From a virus (lineage: Duplodnaviria > Caudoviricetes), in the IMG/VR virus record IMGVR_UViG_3300008259_000098, positions 1-52,449 of that record: DNA of 52,449 nucleotides. One strand, given 5' to 3'. The notes below the pieces were generated by a model that was not told the DNA's origin, ran no database searches, and saw nothing but the letters and a program-made list of their open reading frames with translations. The translations under genes were made by a program, and so were the position numbers. Position 1 is the stretch's first letter, and every line of letters begins with the position of its first letter. Below are positions 31,501 to 40,452 of the stretch, in pieces.

Positions 31501-34500
31501 TCAACAGCATTATCTTTTACTTGTTCAGCTAATAACTTAGCTTGTTCTAATTCTTTTTCTAGTATACTTCTATTAAGTAATTCATTTTTAATACTATCAA
31601 CTTCTTTTACAATATCACGATTTAAATCATCACTAAGTTTTTGTAAAGCAGTAATCTTAGCTTGATTAGATTTTCTAATACGTAATTTAAGTTTTAATGC
31701 TTCAGCTTGTGCTTTAGGTAAAAACTTTATTTTATTATAATAGTCAATAGCAAATTTATCATCAAAACTAATTTCCTTACCTTCGGCATTTGTTATATAA
31801 GCATTATTTTCAATATCTCTAATAAATCCTCCTGATGTACTAGAAGTAATTGCTTGTTCAATTAAATTTTCATAATCTAAAGTAATTTTTTTAATACCAT
31901 TAACATCTGCTGGATTCATTTCAGCTATAATACCATCTCTTTCAGCAATTAAATCTTCTCTAATTTGATTAGCATTACTAGATTCTATTTCAAATGTTCT
32001 AGTACCTCTGCTATCAGTCATAGTAAAGTATGTACCAAAGTAAGGATTACCATCTTTATCTACATAACCAGCTTCTTTAGATCTAGTTTTAATTAAGTTT
32101 AATTTAGCGTCATTATCTAATTCAGCATTAAACTCATTCATATCTTTCTGAGCTTTATTTGCATTAGCTTCTTCAATCTTTTTAGTAACAGCAGTAACTA
32201 AATCAGAAAAATCATTCTTACTAAGTTGAGCTAAAGTAATATTAGCTGTTGCTCTCTCACCAATAAGATTAGCATAATCTTCAAATAGTTGTCTAGTTTG
32301 TTTAACATCAACTCCATTAAGTTTATCATCAAGAGTTCTCATAAACTTATTAAACTCATCAATAATAGCATTTCTAGTAGCTTTACCTTGATTAAAATCT
32401 TCTAAAAAACTATCATCTACAAGTTTTTGTAAATTCATTACAGCATTTACTTGATCAGCTTCTTTATCATTAGCTACTTTATAGTTTTGAGATAATATAT
32501 TAGATATTTTACTTTTTAAATCAAGTATTCTTTCATCTCTTTTCTTACCCATATAAAACTGATTAGTAAGAATATCTCTAGTTAATACTTCTACATCTTT
32601 ACCTTCAGCATTCTTTATTTTAATAAATGTGTTTTGATAAAGTGTACTTAAACTATCTTTTAAATCTCTAAGTTGTTTAACTTCATTAACACTCTTATTA
32701 ACTGATGCACTAATAGCAGATCTTATTTCATCATCAGATTTATTTTCAAAATAAGATACTTCTTGACCATCAGCATTTATATAACTATATTTCTTTTTTA
32801 ATTCAGCAACATCTAAATCTGATTCAGATTCTATTAAATCTAACAAGTCTTCTAACTTACCAGCTTCAATAAAAGAGTTAGCCATATTAAAAAACTTTTC
32901 ATGTTTTAAGTCTTCATAAGTTTTTCTATCATTATCAAGAATAGCATTATTTTGTTGACCTGATAATGATATATCTGTATAAAATGCTTTAGCTAAAATA
33001 GATTCTTTACTGTTAGTTAAATTACCTTCTTGAATATATTTATTAAGATTTTCTACAGCTTTAGCTTCTTGTTCAGTTCTTTGTCTAACATCTTTAAATT
33101 CACTTCTTATACCACCACCAACACCTGGTATACCTATTATACCAAATAGTGCACCAGCAAAAGCATTTTCTAAACCTTCTGCTGTACCATAAGCTTGAGA
33201 AAAACCTTCACTTAATGCTTTACCTAAACTATTCATATAATCATTTCCATTATATAAAGAGTTAATGTATGCGCCTGTACCTTTATCAATAAAGAACTGT
33301 ATTTGTTCTTCTTGAGATTCTCTTAAAGCATTTAAACCAACATTTTTTAAAGCTGTTTTAGTAACTGAAGGTGCAACATAATTATATCCTTTAGCAATAG
33401 TACCTTCTGTTTTACCTAATACATTTTTTAAATTATAATCATAAGGTTTTAAAAAGTTATTTCTCCAACCTGCAAAGTTACTAGCACTTAATAAAGTAGC
33501 ATTAGCTAACCAAGAAACATTTTGATATGCTTCTACTTGTTTATCAATTCTACCAAATTGTTCATCATATTCTTCTTTAGTTATAAATCCTCCATCTAAT
33601 TGCTGTTTTAAATTATCTTCTAAAGATTTTCTATATTGATTACCATTACCAATAGCTTCCATTCTAGCTTCACCAAAAGAACCTAAAATTGATGCTCCTG
33701 CTTGTACTTGAAAAGTTTTAGCTCTAACTTTTTGAGCAGCATTAGCAAAATCTTTTAATACTGCTTCTGAAGCTGCATCATACATTGCTGGATTATTTCT
33801 AGCAATATTATATATTTCATCAATACCTTTAGATGCAATATCTTCACCTAATCCTAATTTTGTAGCAGCATTTTGTATAGTTTTAAATTCATTTCTAGCA
33901 GCTTCTAATCTAGTTAATCTTGATAGTCCTGCAGCAGCTAATTTACTAGCACCCATAGCTCCTACCATAAAACCAGCATTCTTTAAAATATTTTCACCCC
34001 AAAAATTAGTTATACCAGATGCTCCTCCAAAACCAATAGCATTTTCATACCACTCATTATCCATTTCTTTTTTAGTTCTATAATTAACTAAAACATCACT
34101 ATCAAGCCATTCGTTAAATCCATTTAAATTTCTTGATACAGGATTATCTATAAATGCATTAAGAACAGATTTTGTACCTGACCACCAATCATCAGTTTTT
34201 TCATCTGCAAGTAATTCAGTACCTTTTAAACCCATATTAATTATACCTGCAGGAATACCTGCAAATGTATCTGCAAATGTAGTACCAGCAATAGCACCTA
34301 ATTTAAGTACACTATTAGTAAGCCTATCATAAAAAGGTTGTTCTTGAGCTCTAGCTTCTTGTAAGGCTGCAACTTTATCAGCCATATCACCATACTGAGG
34401 CACATTAAAATCTTGTGCATATTGAGATTCTTTAAACCCATACATAGTAGTAGCACCTTGTGGGCGTACTGCTAATAAGTTAGCAAAATCTTCTTGTTTG

Positions 34501-34532
34501 TATTGAGATAATGATTTATTATTTTCTGGCAT
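28509..34532 (-). CDS. Large cargo/ejection protein, probably membrane-inserting
   Basis: 2007 aa; Gly/Ala-rich hydrophobic segments in the N-terminal part (AGFMVGAMGA, AFAGALFGIIGIPGVGGG), long coiled coils; immediately upstream of the RNA polymerase. Confidence 0.7.
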   Translation of the reverse strand: MPENNKSLSQYKQEDFANLLAVRPQGATTMYGFKESQYAQDFNVPQYGDMADKVAALQEARAQEQPFYDRLTNSVLKLGAIAGTTFADTFAGIPAGIINMGLKGTELLADEKTDDWWSGTKSVLNAFIDNPVSRNLNGFNEWLDSDVLVNYRTKKEMDNEWYENAIGFGGASGITNFWGENILKNAGFMVGAMGASKLAAAGLSRLTRLEAARNEFKTIQNAATKLGLGEDIASKGIDEIYNIARNNPAMYDAASEAVLKDFANAAQKVRAKTFQVQAGASILGSFGEARMEAIGNGNQYRKSLEDNLKQQLDGGFITKEEYDEQFGRIDKQVEAYQNVSWLANATLLSASNFAGWRNNFLKPYDYNLKNVLGKTEGTIAKGYNYVAPSVTKTALKNVGLNALRESQEEQIQFFIDKGTGAYINSLYNGNDYMNSLGKALSEGFSQAYGTAEGLENAFAGALFGIIGIPGVGGGIRSEFKDVRQRTEQEAKAVENLNKYIQEGNLTNSKESILAKAFYTDISLSGQQNNAILDNDRKTYEDLKHEKFFNMANSFIEAGKLEDLLDLIESESDLDVAELKKKYSYINADGQEVSYFENKSDDEIRSAISASVNKSVNEVKQLRDLKDSLSTLYQNTFIKIKNAEGKDVEVLTRDILTNQFYMGKKRDERILDLKSKISNILSQNYKVANDKEADQVNAVMNLQKLVDDSFLEDFNQGKATRNAIIDEFNKFMRTLDDKLNGVDVKQTRQLFEDYANLIGERATANITLAQLSKNDFSDLVTAVTKKIEEANANKAQKDMNEFNAELDNDAKLNLIKTRSKEAGYVDKDGNPYFGTYFTMTDSRGTRTFEIESSNANQIREDLIAERDGIIAEMNPADVNGIKKITLDYENLIEQAITSSTSGGFIRDIENNAYITNAEGKEISFDDKFAIDYYNKIKFLPKAQAEALKLKLRIRKSNQAKITALQKLSDDLNRDIVKEVDSIKNELLNRSILEKELEQAKLLAEQVKDNAVDKQFIDDLIKSLTEQLDACNKAIERVEKSKQAYYRQQEEITQLVNLIKESLEKENFSIKQFVETLESGFVDNIDRVMGLSLTEDLETLADMTNYNEALDNLEELKSSVEDRINALTKKIDFLEALKTKSIAYKNLIVGTKQADMPNWFTNKWKIFYPVTSNNVEKLLKDPKEFARFQYGITKYAERNNITPQQAYDRFLQDYYKVQEEFQLIKAQYDEQQSIDNEILIATRDLDILNKQLKTIDNVIEFKRQESFVENLKANIDELAINYALALNRALRAVRIPFSQESDPKDSQDNPPTNMSSVNLHKGALSSNVYYTTNKVVEYTNPQTFATLYDDQGKPVLNQNEDALRWNSFLEMNPDIKDPYKSAQYTLRAFHYKTDTQMPEGLKEAVAKTLKGKETDNTIVVAMVSTDPNKGGALIKADLNGKLDSSGGFVFTFLPETENLFAGTIKQDGSIDKINMKGLLEFYKKHSGHQGPLPYSAITNTKADDTVPLSWKKNENRVPLSEIRQEIVNFAITKHKESINKIIEELKEGEVYLPIASVTNGILLTKKETTDKNGKKISNYGSVKNVLLYKRGIDTSKKEDLDKLTLTVVTKSSQQLQGSNIIVKNAKIGSIILYNKETQEYFYVTQRFIDNSEINLILHIIEKYGFVKDSALQDLFININNAQNNEYYYDKQKGSKLPIFASSNKLSLINNIIYWGVPKTAVASGKGKLNKNNIYVQGGSIHFPDPSNNNIFTSIPINNLRKHSKFPNLVAFLATKRVNIPTSMLQTAAGKGGYYYKPYLNKTTGEISWEQIEGGYLSYLFNGGKGSDPILTTNAVSTPLSTDLKNKDDLKNQSESVLFASKNIILKTDGDGLITTKDNFLADEPLKRPAQKEKNKKDKKNKKTTSKNTSKKVVETKKTKTKPKTEAEDIDLDSPGVGESLRFDESDLDDIKAASKGLKDALAALTGISNTALKTTPDEAKEQQDNCKNGSTRSKSSTKLNRIPTTGNKQ

Positions 34533-34537
34533 ATTGT

Positions 34538-36091
34538 TTATTTATTAATAGGTATTGCTAATGCTCCTCCTGTATAACCTTGGTTATTAAAATCAGACCA
34601 TTGATAAAAACTTAGAGTATTATTTTTTCTAGCTTTAGGTTTAGCTGAAAAACTTCCTAAATCATGGTAAGAAATAATTAATTGCTCTGGTTTTAAATTT
34701 TCTTGTTTTATAATTTGTTCAGCAGTTTGTTTAATTTGATTAACAGATCCTGCAAAATCTATAGCAAAGTTTTTACCTTCAGCTAAAAATACTACAGAGC
34801 CTCCACCAAATTTACCATAACTATCTTTACCATTAGCTACATTAGGAAATATAAAGTGAGAGCTTTTTCCAGATTTTGTTGGAACACTTTTAACACTACT
34901 TTTAAATCCTTCAGCTGTAGTACTTCCAGCCCAATTTAAATCTGTGTATCTTAATTGTCTTAAAGGTACTTTAATTTTAGATTTATCTGTAACTTCAGAC
35001 AATTGTTTATATTTCACATTAACTTGATCTCCTTGTTTAGTTACTTCTACAACAAAAGGATTTTTAACTGTAGATCCTTCTGCTATTGGATTTCCTTCTA
35101 AATTTTGTTTTACATATTTTTTAGCATATTCATGTTGTGTATTACTTGCTAAATCTGTATCTAAAATAAAATGCGCTATACCTGCAACATTTTTATATGA
35201 TGTATTAGCATCACTAGCCCCTACATTTTTTACAGGTACATAATTAAACCCTTTGTTTCTATCAAACTTATTAACGTATGAAAAATATTTATCTTCTTTA
35301 GAATTCTTTTGAGCAGGTACATCACCTAATAATTGAAAGTCTGATTTAACATCACTTGTATCTTTTTTAGGTTGAGTTAAAACAACAGGTTTAGCTTTTA
35401 TTTTAGTAACCTCAGGTTCAAGCACCCCTTGTTTAACCATTGCTCTTTTAGCCCATTCTGTAACATCTTCTGCAGCATTTCCTATAGCAGTAGATGTACT
35501 TAATACACTTTTTTCAAATGCCTTTAATGTTGATTCTTTTTTAACAGCTGTTTTAGCTACTGGTACTTTAGTAGGTTTTTTAGTTGGTATAAAACTTAAA
35601 TCTCTTTTAGGAGGTACTGTTGGTTTAACTACAGGTTTAGTTTCAAAGAAATTAGCTTGCTCTAACTTTTTATAAGTTTTACCATCTTCTTTTTTAGATA
35701 TAATTTTAGCTACTTCTTTTTCTCCTATAGTATCTACTATAGTTTTTAAAGGTGTAGTTGAATCAACATTTATAACTTTACCTAATTGTTTAGCAGCTTG
35801 ATTTACACTCTCTGTAAAGTAATTTACATACCCTTCATGATCATTATTATCTGAAGCTGGAGCATATTTTTCAATAAATGTATCAACAGTATGCTTTCTT
35901 TCAGGTAATGCATCTTTTTTAACTTGTCTATTTAAAGCACTCCAACCATTTTCTAATGTTGTAAATTGATCAAATCCTTTATCATCCTTAGGTAATTTAG
36001 GATCCCATCCTATTAAATTTCCAGGATTATTATTAAATTCAGCTCTGGTAACTCCAGCAGGACGAGCCTTAGTTTCTACTGGAGGTTCTAC
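34538..36091 (-). CDS. -1 frame extension of the 692-aa protein: lysozyme-like NNPGNL domain, Pro/Lys linker and unknown C-terminal domain
   Basis: Hand translation: open from 36106 to the stop at 34538 with no ATG/GTG/TTG before 35440; encodes EFNNNPGNL...GFDQFTTLENGWSAL...TVDTFIEKYAPASDNNDHEGY. Confidence 0.8.
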   Translation of the reverse strand, partial: VEPPVETKARPAGVTRAEFNNNPGNLIGWDPKLPKDDKGFDQFTTLENGWSALNRQVKKDALPERKHTVDTFIEKYAPASDNNDHEGYVNYFTESVNQAAKQLGKVINVDSTTPLKTIVDTIGEKEVAKIISKKEDGKTYKKLEQANFFETKPVVKPTVPPKRDLSFIPTKKPTKVPVAKTAVKKESTLKAFEKSVLSTSTAIGNAAEDVTEWAKRAMVKQGVLEPEVTKIKAKPVVLTQPKKDTSDVKSDFQLLGDVPAQKNSKEDKYFSYVNKFDRNKGFNYVPVKNVGASDANTSYKNVAGIAHFILDTDLASNTQHEYAKKYVKQNLEGNPIAEGSTVKNPFVVEVTKQGDQVNVKYKQLSEVTDKSKIKVPLRQLRYTDLNWAGSTTAEGFKSSVKSVPTKSGKSSHFIFPNVANGKDSYGKFGGGSVVFLAEGKNFAIDFAGSVNQIKQTAEQIIKQENLKPEQLIISYHDLGSFSAKPKARKNNTLSFYQWSDFNNQGYTGGALAIPINK

Positions 36092-36097
36092 TTTTTT
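36052..36097 (-). promoter_or_regulatory. Programmed -1 frameshift signal
   Basis: A_AAA_AAG at 36097-36091, TAG, 6-nt spacer, 9-bp stem CTCCAGTAG/CTGCTGGAG with a 15-nt loop. Confidence 0.75.
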
Positions 36098-38166
36098 CCA
36101 GTAGTAGGCTTAGTAACAGGTTTAGATTTAGGTTTTGATGTAGATTCATATAAAGCTTCTTTAATAAACGGATTATTAGGTGATGATAATATATACATCA
36201 TTTCTGCTGCATTTGTAAATAGTTGTATTTCTTTATCATTTTTTGGATTTAATAATATAACTTGATTATCTTTATCAATTTTATAGTTTATATCATGATT
36301 ATCATCCCATTTATATTTTATAGGTTGACCCATTGCCATTTTACCTTTTCTATACATTTCATTAACTACTAATTCTCCTTTATTATTACCTGTATTAAAA
36401 GTTCTATCTTCAATCATATATTGCTTTCCATCAGGAGTACTAAATGTTACTGCATTTTTAAATGTTTCATCACCAGTAAGCATATTAAGTATATTCTCAG
36501 GATTAGTTCTACCTAAAGATGGTACACTAGTTTTACCATGGTCTGTATTTATTTTTGCCATATCTTCAGGATTTAAAAACTTTTTATCATTTATACTCCA
36601 TATTCTACTACCATAATTTGTAGCATTACTTAATACCTCAGATACAGTTGCTGTAGATTTATTACCTACGTATGTTTCCCACACTTTCCTAGATTGGCTT
36701 TTATAGTTAGCCTCTGCTCTATTACGTTTTGCAGCGTCATTAATTTGAGCATCTGTATAATAGTTAACTTGAGATGTTGTAGTAGCAGTTTTAACAATAT
36801 CTTTATTATATTCTTCCATATCACTAAAGAAATCTTTATATATTCCAGCAAGTTTTCTTTCATTAATATTAATGTTAGAAGGATTATTTTCTATATAATG
36901 CTTATACATATAGCCATGTTTAGGATTTACTTTAAGCCAATTTGTAAAATATTTCTTTTCAGTTTCAGGTAAATCATATGGTTGTACTAAACCAGTAAAA
37001 GCATTCACAACAGCTAATACACCATGCTCTTTCTCCCATTTTTCTCTATCTTTAGGAGTCGCTACATTAATTATTGACATACCTGTAGTTGTATTAGGAT
37101 TATCTATATCTTTAGGATTAAAACCTGCAAAAGGAATGTCATTAGAAGAACCAAATGCGCTAGTAAAAAATCTACCTATACGAGCACCTGTTACCCATTC
37201 TTGATCTACAGGTGCAATATTAGATGTTGGAACTTCAAAAGGTTGATTTGCAGCAGCAGCGGCAGCAGCTGCTTCTTGTTCAGCTTTCCACATACCTTCT
37301 AAAATATCAAAATCTTTTTTATCAGTTGTTGCTCTTTTAAAGTATGTACCAACAAAACCATTTGCAAATTCAGTACTAAATTCATTTTCTCCATATTTAT
37401 CACCATACAAACTTTGTTTATATTGAACATATGGAGTGGAAGAATTAGGTAATTCATTTTTAGATAATCGTTTTCCTAAATCATAAACCATTTGCCAGGT
37501 TAATTCTTCATCTATTTTACCTGTTGTTTGATTTACAATATAAGGTACATTATCAGCATTTCTTCCAAGTGTAAGACCATTTTGACCAGCATATTCTTCC
37601 GCTATTGAACTAGCTTTTAATGCATTATAATGCTTACCATAATTATTTTCATCAGATATACTACTTGGAGTAATAAAATTATAAGCAGTAGATAAATTTT
37701 CTTCACCTTCTTTCCAACTAACAGGTCTATTAATTTTAAGTTGTTTATTAAAATAAGTAGCATTAGGACTTACAGCATTGTTTAGCTTACCTTGTACCAT
37801 AGCAGTTTTAGTTGCATCAGCTAGTTTTTCATCAGCTTTAAAAAACTGTACACTTGGATGTGTATTATAAAACGTCTTTAATCTATTAATATTCATTACA
37901 GCTTCTCTAGCATTCAAATCTCCTGAATGAAATTTTTCAGCTACATTACTTATATTAGATTGTAAATAATCATTAACTTGTTGTACTTCTTCAGGTTTTG
38001 AATACAATCCTCCCTTTACTCTTAAATCATTTTCACTTTGACTTAACAAGTCTTCAGCTTTTAAATCATCTTGCTCTTTAGCATCAAGAGTTTGATTCAT
38101 TAACTCTAAATTTAAAGGAGTGTATTGTGGTATGTATTGAGTTGGAGTTGGTTGAAAAAATCTCAT
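36088..38166 (-). CDS. Cargo/ejection protein (692 aa; about 1209 aa if frameshifted)
   Basis: N-terminus MRFFQPTPTQYIPQYTPL resembles crAss-like cargo proteins; located in the cargo block; ends TTGKK*. Confidence 0.7.
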   Translation of the reverse strand: MRFFQPTPTQYIPQYTPLNLELMNQTLDAKEQDDLKAEDLLSQSENDLRVKGGLYSKPEEVQQVNDYLQSNISNVAEKFHSGDLNAREAVMNINRLKTFYNTHPSVQFFKADEKLADATKTAMVQGKLNNAVSPNATYFNKQLKINRPVSWKEGEENLSTAYNFITPSSISDENNYGKHYNALKASSIAEEYAGQNGLTLGRNADNVPYIVNQTTGKIDEELTWQMVYDLGKRLSKNELPNSSTPYVQYKQSLYGDKYGENEFSTEFANGFVGTYFKRATTDKKDFDILEGMWKAEQEAAAAAAAANQPFEVPTSNIAPVDQEWVTGARIGRFFTSAFGSSNDIPFAGFNPKDIDNPNTTTGMSIINVATPKDREKWEKEHGVLAVVNAFTGLVQPYDLPETEKKYFTNWLKVNPKHGYMYKHYIENNPSNININERKLAGIYKDFFSDMEEYNKDIVKTATTTSQVNYYTDAQINDAAKRNRAEANYKSQSRKVWETYVGNKSTATVSEVLSNATNYGSRIWSINDKKFLNPEDMAKINTDHGKTSVPSLGRTNPENILNMLTGDETFKNAVTFSTPDGKQYMIEDRTFNTGNNKGELVVNEMYRKGKMAMGQPIKYKWDDNHDINYKIDKDNQVILLNPKNDKEIQLFTNAAEMMYILSSPNNPFIKEALYESTSKPKSKPVTKPTTGKK

Positions 38167-38187
38167 ATTTATCTTTTTATTATGAAT

Positions 38188-38227
38188 ATAATAATAGTAG
38201 TCCTATTTCTAAGACTACTATTATTAT
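38188..38227. terminator. Perfect 15-bp intergenic hairpin (terminator or processing site)
   Basis: ATAATAATAGTAGTC (38188-38202), 10-nt loop, GACTACTATTATTAT (38213-38227). Confidence 0.65.
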
Positions 38228-38268
38228 TTTTAATATAACTATTAATTATTATTTTTAGGTTCAGTTTG

Positions 38269-40446
38269 TTAATCAAATGAAGTAATTACATTTGACTTTT
38301 TCTTTTTACCAGGTTTAGGTTGAAGTTCATAACTATCAGTATCTTTATTGTATACTACTTCATAACTTTCATTAAGTAATCCAGCCATTAACCTATCATT
38401 TTTAGCTCTATCTCTTTCAGCTGTATAACCCATAGTATTCTGTCCAATATTACTTAAACCTGAACTAACAGCAGATCTAGCTGCATCTTTTTCTTGTTGT
38501 CTAGCAATAGATTCATTCATTTGAACTTGAGCATTAAATTGATCTTTCATTAAGTTAGATTGATTTAAGCCTTGTGTATTAGACATATCATATTGACCTT
38601 TAATACCAGCTATAGTAGCAGCTCTATCAATACCTTCTTTACTAGCTAAACTTCCCATATTAGCAAGATATTCACCAGCACTAGTAGCTGTATTTCTAGT
38701 AGCATTTTTAGCAGCATTATAAGCAGATGTTACTCCTCTACTAGCAGCAGCCATAGCACCTCTAGGATCAGCATATTGATACTTAGTATTCATTCTATCA
38801 AAGTTTACTGGATCAGGACCTTTTAATCCTTGAGCAATAGTATAAGCTGGTCCAACAAGACTAGATAAATAACCTAATGGATTAACACTTGTTTGCAATG
38901 GTTTAGTACCATCTGGAGGTGGGGGTGTAGTACTACTAGGTGTTTGGTAAGGAGAAGTTTTTAAATCAATACTTTTAATATTTTTAGGATTAGTAACAGA
39001 TCTTGCATCTACATCTTCAGTAACTTTTGGATTATATTTTGGGTACATTGGAGTCCCAGAAACTAGAGGTGGTCGTAGTTGACGATCATATGACCTTGTC
39101 TGCTCCCCTTCTTCTGTATTATATGTAGTAACATTTGGTGCTTGTGGGGTTTCTGCAAAAGGGCTAAAAGAAGATCCATATACTTGATTACCATAAGTTA
39201 CGGGTTCACCAGTAACATTATCACCAATTTCAAATCCTCCATTAAAAAACATACCTTTTGATTTACTTCTATTAGTTTTAGACATTTCTTGTGCCATATA
39301 CAATTGATCAAATTGATTATCTGATATATTACCACCTTTAGCCTTAGCTAAACTTTTAGCTACTTTAGCATAACCTAAATCATCACTAAGTATTTGTGTA
39401 GAACCATCAGGGTTTTTACGTATAATTTCTTTATTATCAATAAACACATTAGGTCTATATTCTACTTTATCAGTACCTTTCTTATATGATTTAACTTCAT
39501 ACATATCATTACCCATAGGTTTAAGTTCACCACCTTTAGCATACTTAGGTCCACTCATAGAGTTACTAGTATCTACACCACCATGAGCATGATGCCATTT
39601 AGCAGCATTTTGAGCAAATATAGCACGCTTTCTAGTTAAAGGGTTCTTACTATGTGTTAACTCTTCAGTAGTCTTACCAGTAGCTTTTTTAGTAGCTGTA
39701 AACTTACCTTTGTTTTCAGGTTTAATATGAATACCACCTTCTTTATAATTAGCTTTAATTTTCTTTTCTTGTGCTAACATTTCTTTAGTAGGAGCTTTAC
39801 CACTACCTTTATTAGCTCTTATATTATCCCACAAACCTCTTTTAGAATAAGAACCATCAGCACGTTTAATTAGATTACCACCCATTTTAAACTGCTTACC
39901 TTGTGCATTAGGATTAAAGTTACCAGCTATGTTAGAAGTCATTGCATTCTGTTGGCTAGATTTAATAGCACTATAGTCCTCCATTTTATTTTCATAAGTT
40001 TTCTTATCTATAGCTCCACCAATAGCACCTCCTACAACTCCCCCTATCATAGTACCTGCTCCTGGAATAAGTGAGCCAATAGCAGCGCCTCCAACAGCGC
40101 CTATAGTTTTACCTATATTTTTTTGAGTAGGAGCATTAGGATCTGCTCCAGCTTGTTGAGGAGCTTGTTGACCTCCACCAAGTCCAGACAGATTAGAAAG
40201 TTTAAATCCATTTCCTGGAGCAGCAGCAGGAGCTGCAGCAGCGGTAGGTACATTTGTTCCTGTTGCTGGTAAGTTCTGTGTAGGATATGTAGCTACAAGA
40301 GGTGTTAAACCTCCATCTTGAAACTTTTGTTTAGAAGGTAAAGAACCACCCATTTCAAATTTTTGAAATGATTCTTGAGTAGGAAACTTCTTGTAGAACT
40401 CCTTCTCTGTCATTTTGTACTTTTTAAGTATATCTTTTTTTGTCAT
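38269..40446 (-). CDS. Cargo protein, low complexity, with repeated [FYH]xxGG motifs
   Basis: 725 aa; glycine-zipper segment GAVGGAAIGSLIPGAGTMIGGVVGGAIGG; Ala/Gln-rich helical C-terminus. Confidence 0.65.
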   Translation of the reverse strand: MTKKDILKKYKMTEKEFYKKFPTQESFQKFEMGGSLPSKQKFQDGGLTPLVATYPTQNLPATGTNVPTAAAAPAAAPGNGFKLSNLSGLGGGQQAPQQAGADPNAPTQKNIGKTIGAVGGAAIGSLIPGAGTMIGGVVGGAIGGAIDKKTYENKMEDYSAIKSSQQNAMTSNIAGNFNPNAQGKQFKMGGNLIKRADGSYSKRGLWDNIRANKGSGKAPTKEMLAQEKKIKANYKEGGIHIKPENKGKFTATKKATGKTTEELTHSKNPLTRKRAIFAQNAAKWHHAHGGVDTSNSMSGPKYAKGGELKPMGNDMYEVKSYKKGTDKVEYRPNVFIDNKEIIRKNPDGSTQILSDDLGYAKVAKSLAKAKGGNISDNQFDQLYMAQEMSKTNRSKSKGMFFNGGFEIGDNVTGEPVTYGNQVYGSSFSPFAETPQAPNVTTYNTEEGEQTRSYDRQLRPPLVSGTPMYPKYNPKVTEDVDARSVTNPKNIKSIDLKTSPYQTPSSTTPPPPDGTKPLQTSVNPLGYLSSLVGPAYTIAQGLKGPDPVNFDRMNTKYQYADPRGAMAAASRGVTSAYNAAKNATRNTATSAGEYLANMGSLASKEGIDRAATIAGIKGQYDMSNTQGLNQSNLMKDQFNAQVQMNESIARQQEKDAARSAVSSGLSNIGQNTMGYTAERDRAKNDRLMAGLLNESYEVVYNKDTDSYELQPKPGKKKKSNVITSFD

Positions 40447-40452
40447 AATTAA

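Noticed and set aside
34538-34850. Phosphodiester-glycosidase identity for the C-terminal domain of the frameshift product
   Set aside because: Only a vague resemblance (FGGGSVVF, HDLGSFS); needs a profile search.
34538-35440. 300-aa ORF as an independent gene
   Set aside because: Its frame is open 217 codons upstream with a recognisable domain; Met 35440 looks internal, though secondary initiation is not excluded.
36020-36090. TAG readthrough of the 692-aa gene
   Set aside because: Frame 0 meets a second TAG four codons later and then TAA; the coherent domain is in the -1 frame.
37250-37273. GCA-type repeat encoding poly-Ala
   Set aside because: Imperfect in-frame linker; no sign of phase variation.
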